Shown: piece by piece, positions 8,239-17,170 of the stretch
Layout of the letters: each line of letters opens with the position of its first letter
How positions within the stretch are numbered: the first letter of the stretch is position 1
DNA from: a virus
Length of the DNA stretch: 64,000 nucleotides
Virus record (IMG/VR): IMGVR_UViG_3300032893_000008
Location: 32,001-96,000 of that record
Strand: one strand, 5' to 3'
Translations under genes and position numbers: made by a program
The notes under the pieces: generated by a model
Database searches by the model: none
Told to the model about the DNA's origin: nothing
The model's input: only the letters and a program-made list of their open reading frames with translations

Positions 8239-10194
8239 TCAGAAGGACCAAGAGAACCCGCCACCGGGGCCGCCGGCCTTGTCATCGTCAGCGTCGGGGT
8301 TATTCCGCTTGGCGATTTCCTCACGGTTGTCATGAAACCCAGAAATCCCCAGGTGGGCTGCGAGGTCAGCTGCAGACGGCACTCGTGTAAAGTTGCCGTT
8401 GAGATCCTTGGCCGGCAGCTCTTCGATGGGCCTGCCGGCCTGATCCTTGGGGCGCCCGTCCTCGGCAGTCGCTACGGTCATGGTGACTGTTGAGCGCCCG
8501 TAAACCGTGTAGGCTATGTAACGAATGCAGTCCATCGAGTGGTTGTCGAGGGCAGCAAACTTGGTGTCATCAATCCGCCCCTGGGCATCCGTTTCGTGGT
8601 GATACTTACCGAACTCATAGATGACAAAAGAGCAACCATTCTCGGTAGTTACGAATAGCTTGGCCTTGTTGGTGCCGGGGGCAGTGATGAATCGCTTCAC
8701 CACCTGGACGCCGTTATACACCGAACCCTTCGTTTTATCTACCGATTTTGATACCGGCAGATCATACGTCGAGATCATGAGCTTGATGTTGGACGGATTC
8801 TCGGTGTCCGGAAAATATCGCTGAATGTCGAAGCGCGGATGAATTTCCTCTGCGATCATCCGGACGAATTCACCATCATCCACCCCCCGGCGAGAAAGGC
8901 AGTAGACAATGTAGATGTTGTCGTTCCGATCGATGTAGGCAACGACGCACACTGATGGGTTCGTGAAACCCCAGTCAACTCCGGCGACCGCCGGGACCTT
9001 GTGCTTCTTCATCACCCCGATGAAATCATCCAGGGACATCGTTTCTTTCGGCCAGTCTTCACCAGAGAAGACCTTATACATCTCCTTGTAAGTCTTGATA
9101 TTTTTCTGGTCGAAGCGGGTATAAACTAGCCCTTCGGACGGCGGCTTTCGAGACAGAAAGGACGCGATGAACATCGTGTCCTCGGTCTTCAGGAGCTGAG
9201 CCTCGATGTCATCGATCGGCTTGAGCCACGTGCTCGTGGAAGCCTGTCTCTTGAGATTGGTCTGACAAGCCGCGAAGAGCTTGCACCTCGTGAAACACCC
9301 CTCCAGGCCGGGGGTGGCCTGGTAACGGAATTTCTCACCCGGGTCAAGTTTGTCGTAGCCGGCCTGGTCGACGTAGTGCATGGTCCCTTCACGGATGTAG
9401 AGATCCACAGGGGTAGTCCCGGACCGTTCGTCGGGACATCGCTCGGTCACATCAATGACGTTCCAGTGGCCGATATGAATCTGCTTCTCGTCCCGCTCAG
9501 CAGCCTCAATCTCTCGCTGCACGAGACCGAAGGCAGTCTTGCGAACGGAGATCGCTACGTCTATCGCCGGCCGCTTGTCTGGCATGCCGATCGGGATACC
9601 GTCCAGGTCGTCATAGGCGCGAACGTCCTGGACGACGTCGACTTCGTCTCGACAAAGTAGGGATTCATGCTGGCCCTGAACGGCGCGTTTCGTAACGGGG
9701 ATACAAATAATCTTCGTGCCATCGGCAAGCTTGCACCGCCGCATGGTCGATTCCTTGAGTCCCTGGCGGATCTGACTAAAGAACGGGAGATTCAAGAACG
9801 ACTGGAAGTAGTCCTGGTAGCACTTCTGCGCCTGCTCCAGCACTGAGGCGGTGTGCACGATGCCGCGGTGATCGTGGATCGCCACCATGAACTCGATAGC
9901 CGCCATCGCCAGGGTCTTGAAACCGAAGCGGGAAGCGTAGAACAGCATCTTCCGATGGCGTTGTTCGGGTGGTAGCTGGTTCCACCAAAGACAGTTCGAA
10001 TAGACCATCCAGGCCATGTCCAGCGGGGTGCAAGTCGATGCTGGATCGACAATCGAGTCCGGTAGGTCGATACCCAAGAAAGTGATCAGCCAGTTGCGTA
10101 GCTCCTCTCGCGTGCGGCAAGGGCGCAACATCAGATCCCAGGCGGTCAGGCCCGTGCTTGGGTCTACGATATCGGTAGGCTCTAGGAGACTCAT
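8239..10194 (-). CDS. terminase large subunit
   Basis: Walker A-like ASRFGFKT, Walker B LCRDEVD, RNase H-like nuclease motifs GVDWGFTNP and DNHSMDCIRY. Confidence 0.9.
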   Translation of the reverse strand: MSLLEPTDIVDPSTGLTAWDLMLRPCRTREELRNWLITFLGIDLPDSIVDPASTCTPLDMAWMVYSNCLWWNQLPPEQRHRKMLFYASRFGFKTLAMAAIEFMVAIHDHRGIVHTASVLEQAQKCYQDYFQSFLNLPFFSQIRQGLKESTMRRCKLADGTKIICIPVTKRAVQGQHESLLCRDEVDVVQDVRAYDDLDGIPIGMPDKRPAIDVAISVRKTAFGLVQREIEAAERDEKQIHIGHWNVIDVTERCPDERSGTTPVDLYIREGTMHYVDQAGYDKLDPGEKFRYQATPGLEGCFTRCKLFAACQTNLKRQASTSTWLKPIDDIEAQLLKTEDTMFIASFLSRKPPSEGLVYTRFDQKNIKTYKEMYKVFSGEDWPKETMSLDDFIGVMKKHKVPAVAGVDWGFTNPSVCVVAYIDRNDNIYIVYCLSRRGVDDGEFVRMIAEEIHPRFDIQRYFPDTENPSNIKLMISTYDLPVSKSVDKTKGSVYNGVQVVKRFITAPGTNKAKLFVTTENGCSFVIYEFGKYHHETDAQGRIDDTKFAALDNHSMDCIRYIAYTVYGRSTVTMTVATAEDGRPKDQAGRPIEELPAKDLNGNFTRVPSAADLAAHLGISGFHDNREEIAKRNNPDADDDKAGGPGGGFSWSF

Positions 10195-10814
10195 TGCTTC
10201 TTGTTTTTAGCCCGCCACTGCTCCGCAAGAGAGCTAAGGACGTCACTAGCTTTGTCACCCTGCGGAGCAGATACAACCGCCACCTGGCTACCTGGGGCGG
10301 CATTCACGGTGATAGGCGCCGGCGGCTGATCCGGGACCGGTGGCTGGCCGATTTTGGATACAGATTCGATCGCTTCACACAGCGCCTTGTAATCACGCGC
10401 GGAAGCTAGGCGCCCTTCGGGAAGATTCTCTTCGGTGGGATTCTGAAGATAGCGAATCATCTCCTGGCGGAATCGAGTGTGTTCTACCGTCAATAGGTTA
10501 GCCAGGTGATTGATCGCTTCGGCCTTGAGTTTCTGGAGGCGAGCGACGGCCTGGATGTGCACTTCGTCGATGTAAGCAGCTCGCTTTGCCGGCCAGTCGT
10601 AGCGCACACAAGCATCGGCGAGCGCACCCAAGCCCCAGGCGCGATTTCCTTCTAGCATCTGCTCCAAGGAGAATCCCTCGACGTAGAGCTGAAAGAAGTT
10701 AGCGGCTGTCACTGGAGACATCGGAGCAGAGTTTTTGCGATGATATTCTTCCATCGCCTGGCGTTCTTTGGGCGTCAGGAATTCAACTGCAGGACGAACG
10801 AGAGCTTCTGTCAT
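10191..10814 (-). CDS. putative terminase small subunit
   Basis: Helical protein immediately upstream of and overlapping the large subunit. Confidence 0.45.
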   Translation of the reverse strand: MTEALVRPAVEFLTPKERQAMEEYHRKNSAPMSPVTAANFFQLYVEGFSLEQMLEGNRAWGLGALADACVRYDWPAKRAAYIDEVHIQAVARLQKLKAEAINHLANLLTVEHTRFRQEMIRYLQNPTEENLPEGRLASARDYKALCEAIESVSKIGQPPVPDQPPAPITVNAAPGSQVAVVSAPQGDKASDVLSSLAEQWRAKNKKQ

Positions 10815-11353
10815 TCCCGCCCCTCGATCAAAACATCAACCGCTACCGGAACATTGGGGCCAAGGTATTCCCTCACCCCGCGGCGGATGATGCGATCGAC
10901 ATCCATAGAGGCATTACGTTCCAAGAATTTGACGAGCAGCCAGCGCCAGAACAAGCCCGTCCTGTCTTGGAGCCATTTCATCCTGGCGCGATTACGGAGA
11001 TAGCGCTTCACTTCCTTCTTGGGCATGGTCACCCGATACAGGATGTAACGTTCTTCACCTTCAGCCGGCGCTTCAGGGAAAATTACCTCTACATGAGAAA
11101 TCTTCGTGTGCGCCATGTAGCCGAAGTTAGTCAGGTTAATCTCCATCCCCTTGGAGACGACGCCGTTTGACCAGAGCCAACGATCGGTGCCCGCTTCCGG
11201 AATGCCTCCTGCGACTGACTTCAAGGCGCCATCGTAAGCAGCACGAGGATCGATGCTCGACTGCAACGCAAGCATCTCCTTCGTCGAGAGCGGCTCGAAA
11301 CGAGACTTGTATGGCTTTTTTGGCTTTAGCTCCGGTTTCGGCTCATCAGCCAT
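10811..11353 (-). CDS. hypothetical protein
   Basis: 180-aa ORF overlapping both neighbours. Confidence 0.75.
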   Translation of the reverse strand: MADEPKPELKPKKPYKSRFEPLSTKEMLALQSSIDPRAAYDGALKSVAGGIPEAGTDRWLWSNGVVSKGMEINLTNFGYMAHTKISHVEVIFPEAPAEGEERYILYRVTMPKKEVKRYLRNRARMKWLQDRTGLFWRWLLVKFLERNASMDVDRIIRRGVREYLGPNVPVAVDVLIEGRE

Positions 11354-12350
11354 TGAGCATCCCTCTCGCGTAGTCAGCCAGGCGCTTCTTATCCAGGCTG
11401 GTCTCCATCACGTCGGAGATGTAAGTCTCGACCATGCCGTCCAGCGTGGCGGCCTTCTGGATGACAGCTCCCTGACGCGGGGCTTCAGCGACAAACTCAG
11501 GAGCTAGAGAGATCTTATAGCGGCTCTTCAGGCTCAGATAGCGTTCGTCCGTTGCCATCATGGAGATCGCGGCACGATCGCCCTTGACCACGATCTTGTA
11601 ATAGTCGTCGGGGGACCGAGTGGAAGTTTCGAAATTGTCGAGGAACTCATCGGGACTCGCGTATTCGATAACGCGGTATTCCGGCAAGGGCGTCTTGATC
11701 CGCTGGAAAATGCCTGTCTCAGTATCGAATACGTGGAGCCCTTTCGTCTCGCCGGCGTCCTGGAATCCGAAGGCGTAGGGCGATCCGACATAAACGATGT
11801 TCTCGATCTTCTGGCTCTTGTGAACGTGTCCGCAGATTACGGTCTTGAATCCAGCCACGGATTCCACCGGGAATCCGTTAGGATCATAGAAGCCGTTCTC
11901 GTATTGCGCACCGTTGAAAGTGTTGTGGCAGAAGAGGATCTCGCCCGAAGGCGGCAGTGCAGCTTCGAACTCTTCAAAGGTATGGTAATAAGGCAGGAAA
12001 ACCATCCTCTGATCATGCACAGGACCTTCAACGATCGTCACGTTGGGGAAGCGAGCGAGTCCAACGAGCGCATGCTCCGAACTAGAAGGGCCAGCCTTGT
12101 CGTGATTTCCCACCATCAGGTAGCACTGAAAATTGGCAGGACATTGGAAGGTAATTTCGGTTAGAAAGCGAACCCAAGCGTTCAAAACCTCGACACGCAT
12201 CACAGCGTGAGTGTCAAAGAGATCGCCGAGGATCACTACCCTGTCCGGCTTCACCTTCTTGATCGAATCCGCGAGGAAGGCAAGGAAACGCTTACCCGTC
12301 TCGATTGTCGAGATCTTAACGTGAGGGTCTCCAGAAACAAGAATCTTCAT
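11346..12350 (-). CDS. SbcD/Mre11/T4 gp47-like metallophosphoesterase nuclease
   Basis: GDPH, LGDLFD, GNHD, CGHVH and YVGSP motifs. Confidence 0.9.
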   Translation of the reverse strand: MKILVSGDPHVKISTIETGKRFLAFLADSIKKVKPDRVVILGDLFDTHAVMRVEVLNAWVRFLTEITFQCPANFQCYLMVGNHDKAGPSSSEHALVGLARFPNVTIVEGPVHDQRMVFLPYYHTFEEFEAALPPSGEILFCHNTFNGAQYENGFYDPNGFPVESVAGFKTVICGHVHKSQKIENIVYVGSPYAFGFQDAGETKGLHVFDTETGIFQRIKTPLPEYRVIEYASPDEFLDNFETSTRSPDDYYKIVVKGDRAAISMMATDERYLSLKSRYKISLAPEFVAEAPRQGAVIQKAATLDGMVETYISDVMETSLDKKRLADYARGMLNG

Positions 12351-12375
12351 CTATGCCTCGATTATACCACGGGAA

Positions 12376-13479
12376 TTACTCATCCCCGGCGGTGGGCGGC
12401 TCCTTGGCAGCGGCATCGATCATGTCGTCGATTACGGACGAAAGGTCAGGTTCGGCGTAGACCTTCATCACGCTATCCATGATGGCCGCTTGGAGAGTGG
12501 GGTCATCGGCGAGCGCGTTCTCGAAAGCCTCGCGGCCGCGCCAGGAGCGATCCTGGAATTTATAGGTCTGCTGGTTCGGACGCTCGACAACCTCCAGCTT
12601 CACTGCTAGGCCGGCGACTTCCTTGTGCACGTTTACCGTCCCCTGGCCGTAACCGAGCTGGTATTCAGCAATCCGGAAGGGTGCTCCGACTCGGTTCTTG
12701 CGAACGGTCGCCCGAACGGTGTGGCCGAGCTGCACCTCGTGTCCGTCGAAGATCTTGGAATCCTTGGCGTTTACACGCTCGACGAGAACGAGAATATCCA
12801 CGAAGTGCTTGAGGCTCTGACCGTTCGGAATCTTCCATTTCGACTGGTATTTCGCGACTTTAGGATCCATCTCCTCGTTGACCTGTTGGATCAGAACCGT
12901 CGCGATCGAATGCTGACGAATATCGCCGACGATCATCTTGGTAGCCGGCCCCAGGATACGCGCCAGGTCCGCCATGATGTTGTCTTCCGTCGACTCCATC
13001 GCGGCCTCGCGCGGCCCCCGGAGTCCCTTAATCGAATCGATCACCATCATTCGAAGAGGCAGGCCGTCCTGAACCAGGGGCATGACTTCGTTGTGAAAAT
13101 GGTCGAAGACATCCTTCGCTCGATTACCTTGCTTCACGATCAGGCGCCTGGTGTCGACCCCGAGCTTGGCGGCGTAGTTCTTGTCGTAGTTGTATTCCGC
13201 GTCGTAAAAGATTGCGAAACCGTCAGAATCCGCGGCCTGCATCTGCTTGATCAGATCGTAAGCGCCAGCGGACTTTCCGCTCGACTCAGGGCCGGCAAAC
13301 ATCAGCACCTTGCCCCCGGGCAGACCGCCATCCATGGCCCACTGGAGACTGGGGGACGTCGGCTTGTAGATCACTGCCCTGGGATCGGGCATGGCATCAC
13401 CCATTCGCAGGACGTTGTTTTCGTCGCCGGCGCCGGCGAGTTCCTTCTGAATCCTGGAATACCAGTCGGTCTTGGGCAT
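12376..13479 (-). CDS. recA: RecA/UvsX-like recombinase
   Basis: GGLPGGK...GPESSGKS, FYDAE, YAAKLGVD, VIDSI, KNRVGAPFR. Confidence 0.93.
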   Translation of the reverse strand: MPKTDWYSRIQKELAGAGDENNVLRMGDAMPDPRAVIYKPTSPSLQWAMDGGLPGGKVLMFAGPESSGKSAGAYDLIKQMQAADSDGFAIFYDAEYNYDKNYAAKLGVDTRRLIVKQGNRAKDVFDHFHNEVMPLVQDGLPLRMMVIDSIKGLRGPREAAMESTEDNIMADLARILGPATKMIVGDIRQHSIATVLIQQVNEEMDPKVAKYQSKWKIPNGQSLKHFVDILVLVERVNAKDSKIFDGHEVQLGHTVRATVRKNRVGAPFRIAEYQLGYGQGTVNVHKEVAGLAVKLEVVERPNQQTYKFQDRSWRGREAFENALADDPTLQAAIMDSVMKVYAEPDLSSVIDDMIDAAAKEPPTAGDE

Positions 13480-13679
13480 TACTTGATCCCCTTAGCCTTA
13501 GAGAAAAGGCTGACACCCATGTTGTTCATCTGGATCATGTCCCGCACTAGATTCATGGCGGTGGGCTTGAGCTTAGGGGGACGATCAGCGGGATGAACCC
13601 ACCCGCGGGCCTCGCGCTCGGCCTGAGACACGAGCTTCGCTTCCTGCTTCGCCTGGCGGCGACGGACTGAGTTGTTCAT
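13479..13679 (-). CDS. small hypothetical protein
   Basis: 66 aa; extended -10 GCGGTATCAT 6 nt upstream. Confidence 0.7.
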   Translation of the reverse strand: MNNSVRRRQAKQEAKLVSQAEREARGWVHPADRPPKLKPTAMNLVRDMIQMNNMGVSLFSKAKGIK

Positions 13680-13708
13680 GTCCCAATGATACCGCAGGGA
13701 CCAAAGTT

Positions 13709-14803
13709 TTACCCAAACAACGTCCAGGCAGACTCAACCAGGGACTGGCAGAGCTGGTCCAGCTTTTCCCGATCAGGCTGCTTCGGCAGGGGTGACTTCC
13801 CGGAAGTGTAGATCTCCGTCAGCTTCTTGTCCTGGGCATCGGCCCAAGCGATCAGATCGTCGTATTTCCAGGCGCCGTTGCGGACAGCCAGGAGTTCCTC
13901 ACGATCCGGGCGCTTCACGATGACCTTGCCGGTGGTGAGGATCTCTTCACCCATGCGCATCAAACGCACCAAGTGCATGGCGTGCTTTGTGTCATAGCCG
14001 TGAGCGGCTTCCAGGGCGGCGCGCTTCTCGTTACGCTCTCTCTTCCAGCGGTGAAACTGGTCCCACTCATGCTTGGCGCCGGCGTAACGGCGTTCCTTAT
14101 CTAGGAGCAGGAGGAAGTTCTCATCGTAGCCGATCGCCCGACTGGCAGCCTGCTCCAGGAAGTGATGCTTGTCCAGGGCGCCGGCGTTCTCTGCCAGTTC
14201 CACCAGGAAATCGTCCAGCTGGCCGGTGAGAGCGATCTTCGTGGCATCCGAGAGGTCGTCCATGAGAGGCATCCAGGAGTCGATCTTCTTTCTGACCAGG
14301 GACTCAGCGGCCTGCAGCTGATCGCGCGAGATTGCCGTGAATTCCGGCAGTCCGAACTCGGCACGCGTCGGAGGCGCCTTCGGCGGATCCTTCAGCCAGC
14401 GATAGTGTGCCCGGATGCGCTTGAGCTGCGACATCGCGTAGCCCGAAAAGGTGTGCTTCGCCTTCGTCGACAGAAAGTCGTTGGCATGCGCCCGAAGCTC
14501 TTCACCGACCCTGGTTTGCTCCAGGATGTCCGATTCGTCGGTGTGCAGGACTTCGATGATGTTCGGGTTGCAATCTGCGGCGAGCGCGAAGAACTTACGC
14601 AGCTCGTAGACCACCAGGTCATTGGGATCGCGCTCCTCGATCTGCTCCACTCGGGATAGGAAGCCGAGGTAGTATTGCCGAGGAGCCACGAAAACTCCCT
14701 TGATGTCCAGATCGGACGAAGGGGTGTTCAGGCCGTAGGCATGCGAGCCGTGCTTGGTGACGTAGACAGCGAACTGGCGGAGGTCCTTGGCGGTGTAGTG
14801 CAT
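13709..14803 (-). CDS. Pol-beta-type nucleotidyltransferase (RlaP/YcgL-like)
   Basis: GSHAYGLNTPSSDLDIKGVF, CNPNIIEVL, GYAMSQL and GYDTKHAMHLVRL motifs. Confidence 0.88.
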   Translation of the reverse strand: MHYTAKDLRQFAVYVTKHGSHAYGLNTPSSDLDIKGVFVAPRQYYLGFLSRVEQIEERDPNDLVVYELRKFFALAADCNPNIIEVLHTDESDILEQTRVGEELRAHANDFLSTKAKHTFSGYAMSQLKRIRAHYRWLKDPPKAPPTRAEFGLPEFTAISRDQLQAAESLVRKKIDSWMPLMDDLSDATKIALTGQLDDFLVELAENAGALDKHHFLEQAASRAIGYDENFLLLLDKERRYAGAKHEWDQFHRWKRERNEKRAALEAAHGYDTKHAMHLVRLMRMGEEILTTGKVIVKRPDREELLAVRNGAWKYDDLIAWADAQDKKLTEIYTSGKSPLPKQPDREKLDQLCQSLVESAWTLFG

Positions 14804-14834
14804 GCCTGAATACTACCGCCTAGAATCGAAAGAG

Positions 14835-15377
14835 TCAATCGCTTACGTCGCCAAACTTAGCTCGACCAGGGGTGCCGTAGGAGCCGCTACCGGGCTCCAC
14901 GCGCCCTAGGAGCTTGTCGTAGATCTTCTTCGAATCGTCGTGCGCCATCCGGTAGGATTCGGCCTTGTTCTCCAGGAACTTAGACATAGCCTTGAGCATA
15001 TTCACCTTCGCTACAGCCTTCCGATAGGGCTCGTCCAAGGAGAGATAAATTTTGCGGAGGGAAGCGGAGTCTTTCATCTCCCCTAGCTTGTCTTTGTGTG
15101 CCTCGTAGTAGTCATTGAAGCGCTCAAGCAAGGCTTTCGCCTCCTCGTGCTTCATCTCCTCGTCAGCATCGTCAAGGCGTTTGCGAACGTTAATCGCCGC
15201 TCTAGAAGTCCATTCGTATGCATGAATGAACTTGCGCATAAGCTGAGGTCCGGAGGCGAGGTCGATCTGCTCGATTTCGTCCTTATAGCCATCGAACTTA
15301 GCGAGAGGCGTCGCGTCGATCTTCGGGGAGAACGACGCGACGACCTGCTCAACTAGCGTTTCTTCTTCGGAAACCAC
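14835..15377 (-). CDS. helical protein, possible UvsY-like recombination mediator
   Basis: Coiled-coil character; adjacent to the SSB gene and near RecA. Confidence 0.4.
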   Translation of the reverse strand: MVSEEETLVEQVVASFSPKIDATPLAKFDGYKDEIEQIDLASGPQLMRKFIHAYEWTSRAAINVRKRLDDADEEMKHEEAKALLERFNDYYEAHKDKLGEMKDSASLRKIYLSLDEPYRKAVAKVNMLKAMSKFLENKAESYRMAHDDSKKIYDKLLGRVEPGSGSYGTPGRAKFGDVSD

Positions 15378-15383
15378 GTGGAC

Positions 15384-16343
15384 TTACTTGTTGAGACCCA
15401 GCTCACTCACGAGGGCATCGACATCCTCTTCGGACGGCTCCTCGACATCATTCGCCATGGCGGAAGGAGTCTTGGACTCCGCGTCGACGCTCTCGTCGTC
15501 GTTGTAATCAGCCGGGGTGAAACCGATGTCGCTGTCTCCCTTGCCCTTCGACGCCATGATCTTCTTGAGGCTCTCGGCCGTCTGCGGCTTGAAGAGATCG
15601 TAGAGGTCACGCATCGCGGTGGGAAGCTTCGCCAGGACCTCTTCGGAGAGAGGACCCTTGAGAGTCTTCTCGGCGATGTCGCCATCGGGGAGCTTCACCT
15701 TCTGCTTCTTGATGGCAACGTCGAAGTCGTATTTACCGGTATTCGTCTTCGTGCGGGTGAGGACGAAGAAAACGCCTTCCTTGCGGGAGACGGGATTGTA
15801 GCCATCCTCCTCGACACACGCACGGATCTTCGCGTTCAGCTTGTCGCCGAGAGTCTTCGGAAGCTTGAGGATGCCGATATCCCCGGCCGGCGAGACGGCA
15901 TTGTAGTAGTAGTGACGCTGCCAGCTGATGTCGCGGACGCGCTTGGCCTTGGCCTTCAGGTCATCGGGAACGGCGTTCCAATTGATCTTCTGCTTGTCTC
16001 CGGAAGCCGTGGTGAACTTCGCCAGGGCCTTCTCCAACTCGACGTTCTGGCGATCGACTTCGTCGCAGATCGGGCAGCCAGCGGGATCGGACTTCTTCGT
16101 GCAGAGCACGGGGAAACCGGCCTTGGTCGAACCCTCCTGGCGCCACCAGTGGAGGAAAACTTCAGAGAAGGGAAAGCCCTTCTCCTTCGCGATCTTCCCG
16201 AAGGGAGGAAGGATGCGATAGACGTTCTGGCCGTCCTTAAAGGGGAGAGTGTTGAGGCGGTTGGAGCCGTTGGCCTGCTCCTTCATGCCATTGACGTTGA
16301 TCGAATCGTCATCGTCGATGTTCGTAGTGCTCGCGGTATTCAT
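15384..16343 (-). CDS. T4 gp32-like single-stranded DNA-binding protein
   Basis: YRILPP, H...C...CPIC Zn ligands, YYYN, acidic C-terminal tail ending DVDALVSELGL. Confidence 0.8.
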   Translation of the reverse strand: MNTASTTNIDDDDSINVNGMKEQANGSNRLNTLPFKDGQNVYRILPPFGKIAKEKGFPFSEVFLHWWRQEGSTKAGFPVLCTKKSDPAGCPICDEVDRQNVELEKALAKFTTASGDKQKINWNAVPDDLKAKAKRVRDISWQRHYYYNAVSPAGDIGILKLPKTLGDKLNAKIRACVEEDGYNPVSRKEGVFFVLTRTKTNTGKYDFDVAIKKQKVKLPDGDIAEKTLKGPLSEEVLAKLPTAMRDLYDLFKPQTAESLKKIMASKGKGDSDIGFTPADYNDDESVDAESKTPSAMANDVEEPSEEDVDALVSELGLNK

Positions 16344-17161
16344 GCGTTGGTTTCCTTCTTTTCCTGAGGCTGTTCAGTCTGAACAGCCGGTGGTTGAATG
16401 AACTGCTGTTGGCGTCGGACTCTCGGCGGCAAAGAGCGCTTGAGGTCCACCCTGATTTTACCAATTACCTCACCGACTTTTTCCTTCAAGACGGCAAGAT
16501 TCTCTTCCTTGGAAGCTCCGGGGTTTTCTTCGTTGACGATGGTGGCGAAGAAGTATTCGGGAGGGAATTCCTCCGTAGCTTTCTCCGGGAAGGTCTGATC
16601 CAGCGTCCCGAGGGGGCGAGTGATCTTGATGGGATAGACGTGCTTGAAGTTCGCCTTGAACCAGGAGGACTGGCCAAACTGACGAGCATCGGTAACGAAG
16701 ATGACGTCGAAAGCGTTCTCCTCGCCGGCGTGCTTGCGCTCGATCTTGCTAATCGCTTCCGCGGTGATCGCGTTGTGCACGGTCTCGCCGAAGTTCTTGG
16801 TGATCACTTCGTCGGCCCACCAGATCATCAGCTCCCGAAGAGACCTGCACTCACGCCCTTCCCACTTCGCTACCGAGAGCTTCTGGTAGCGAACGTCGAC
16901 GTGCTTGGAGGCCAGCTGACTGGTCTTGCTGAGCATGCGGGCGATATCGCCGCGGCGGATGATGATTGGGGTCTCCAGTTCGGCATCCTTCTTGGGACTG
17001 TAGAAGTCAGCGAGCGGGATCTTGAAGTGATCCGACAAGACCTTCTTGAACCAGTCGGAGAGAGCCACAGATGCGGTGCACCCGTAGTGCTCGATGCCCA
17101 TCTGAGCGATGGTGTCCTTGCCGGAGGCGCGACGTCCTGTGATCGGGATGATGATGTCCAT
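16340..17161 (-). CDS. deoxynucleoside monophosphate kinase-like P-loop protein
   Basis: ITGRRASGKDT, LRELM and VTDARQ motifs (T4 gp1-like). Confidence 0.7.
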   Translation of the reverse strand: MDIIIPITGRRASGKDTIAQMGIEHYGCTASVALSDWFKKVLSDHFKIPLADFYSPKKDAELETPIIIRRGDIARMLSKTSQLASKHVDVRYQKLSVAKWEGRECRSLRELMIWWADEVITKNFGETVHNAITAEAISKIERKHAGEENAFDVIFVTDARQFGQSSWFKANFKHVYPIKITRPLGTLDQTFPEKATEEFPPEYFFATIVNEENPGASKEENLAVLKEKVGEVIGKIRVDLKRSLPPRVRRQQQFIQPPAVQTEQPQEKKETNA

Positions 17162-17170
17162 GCGCGAGGA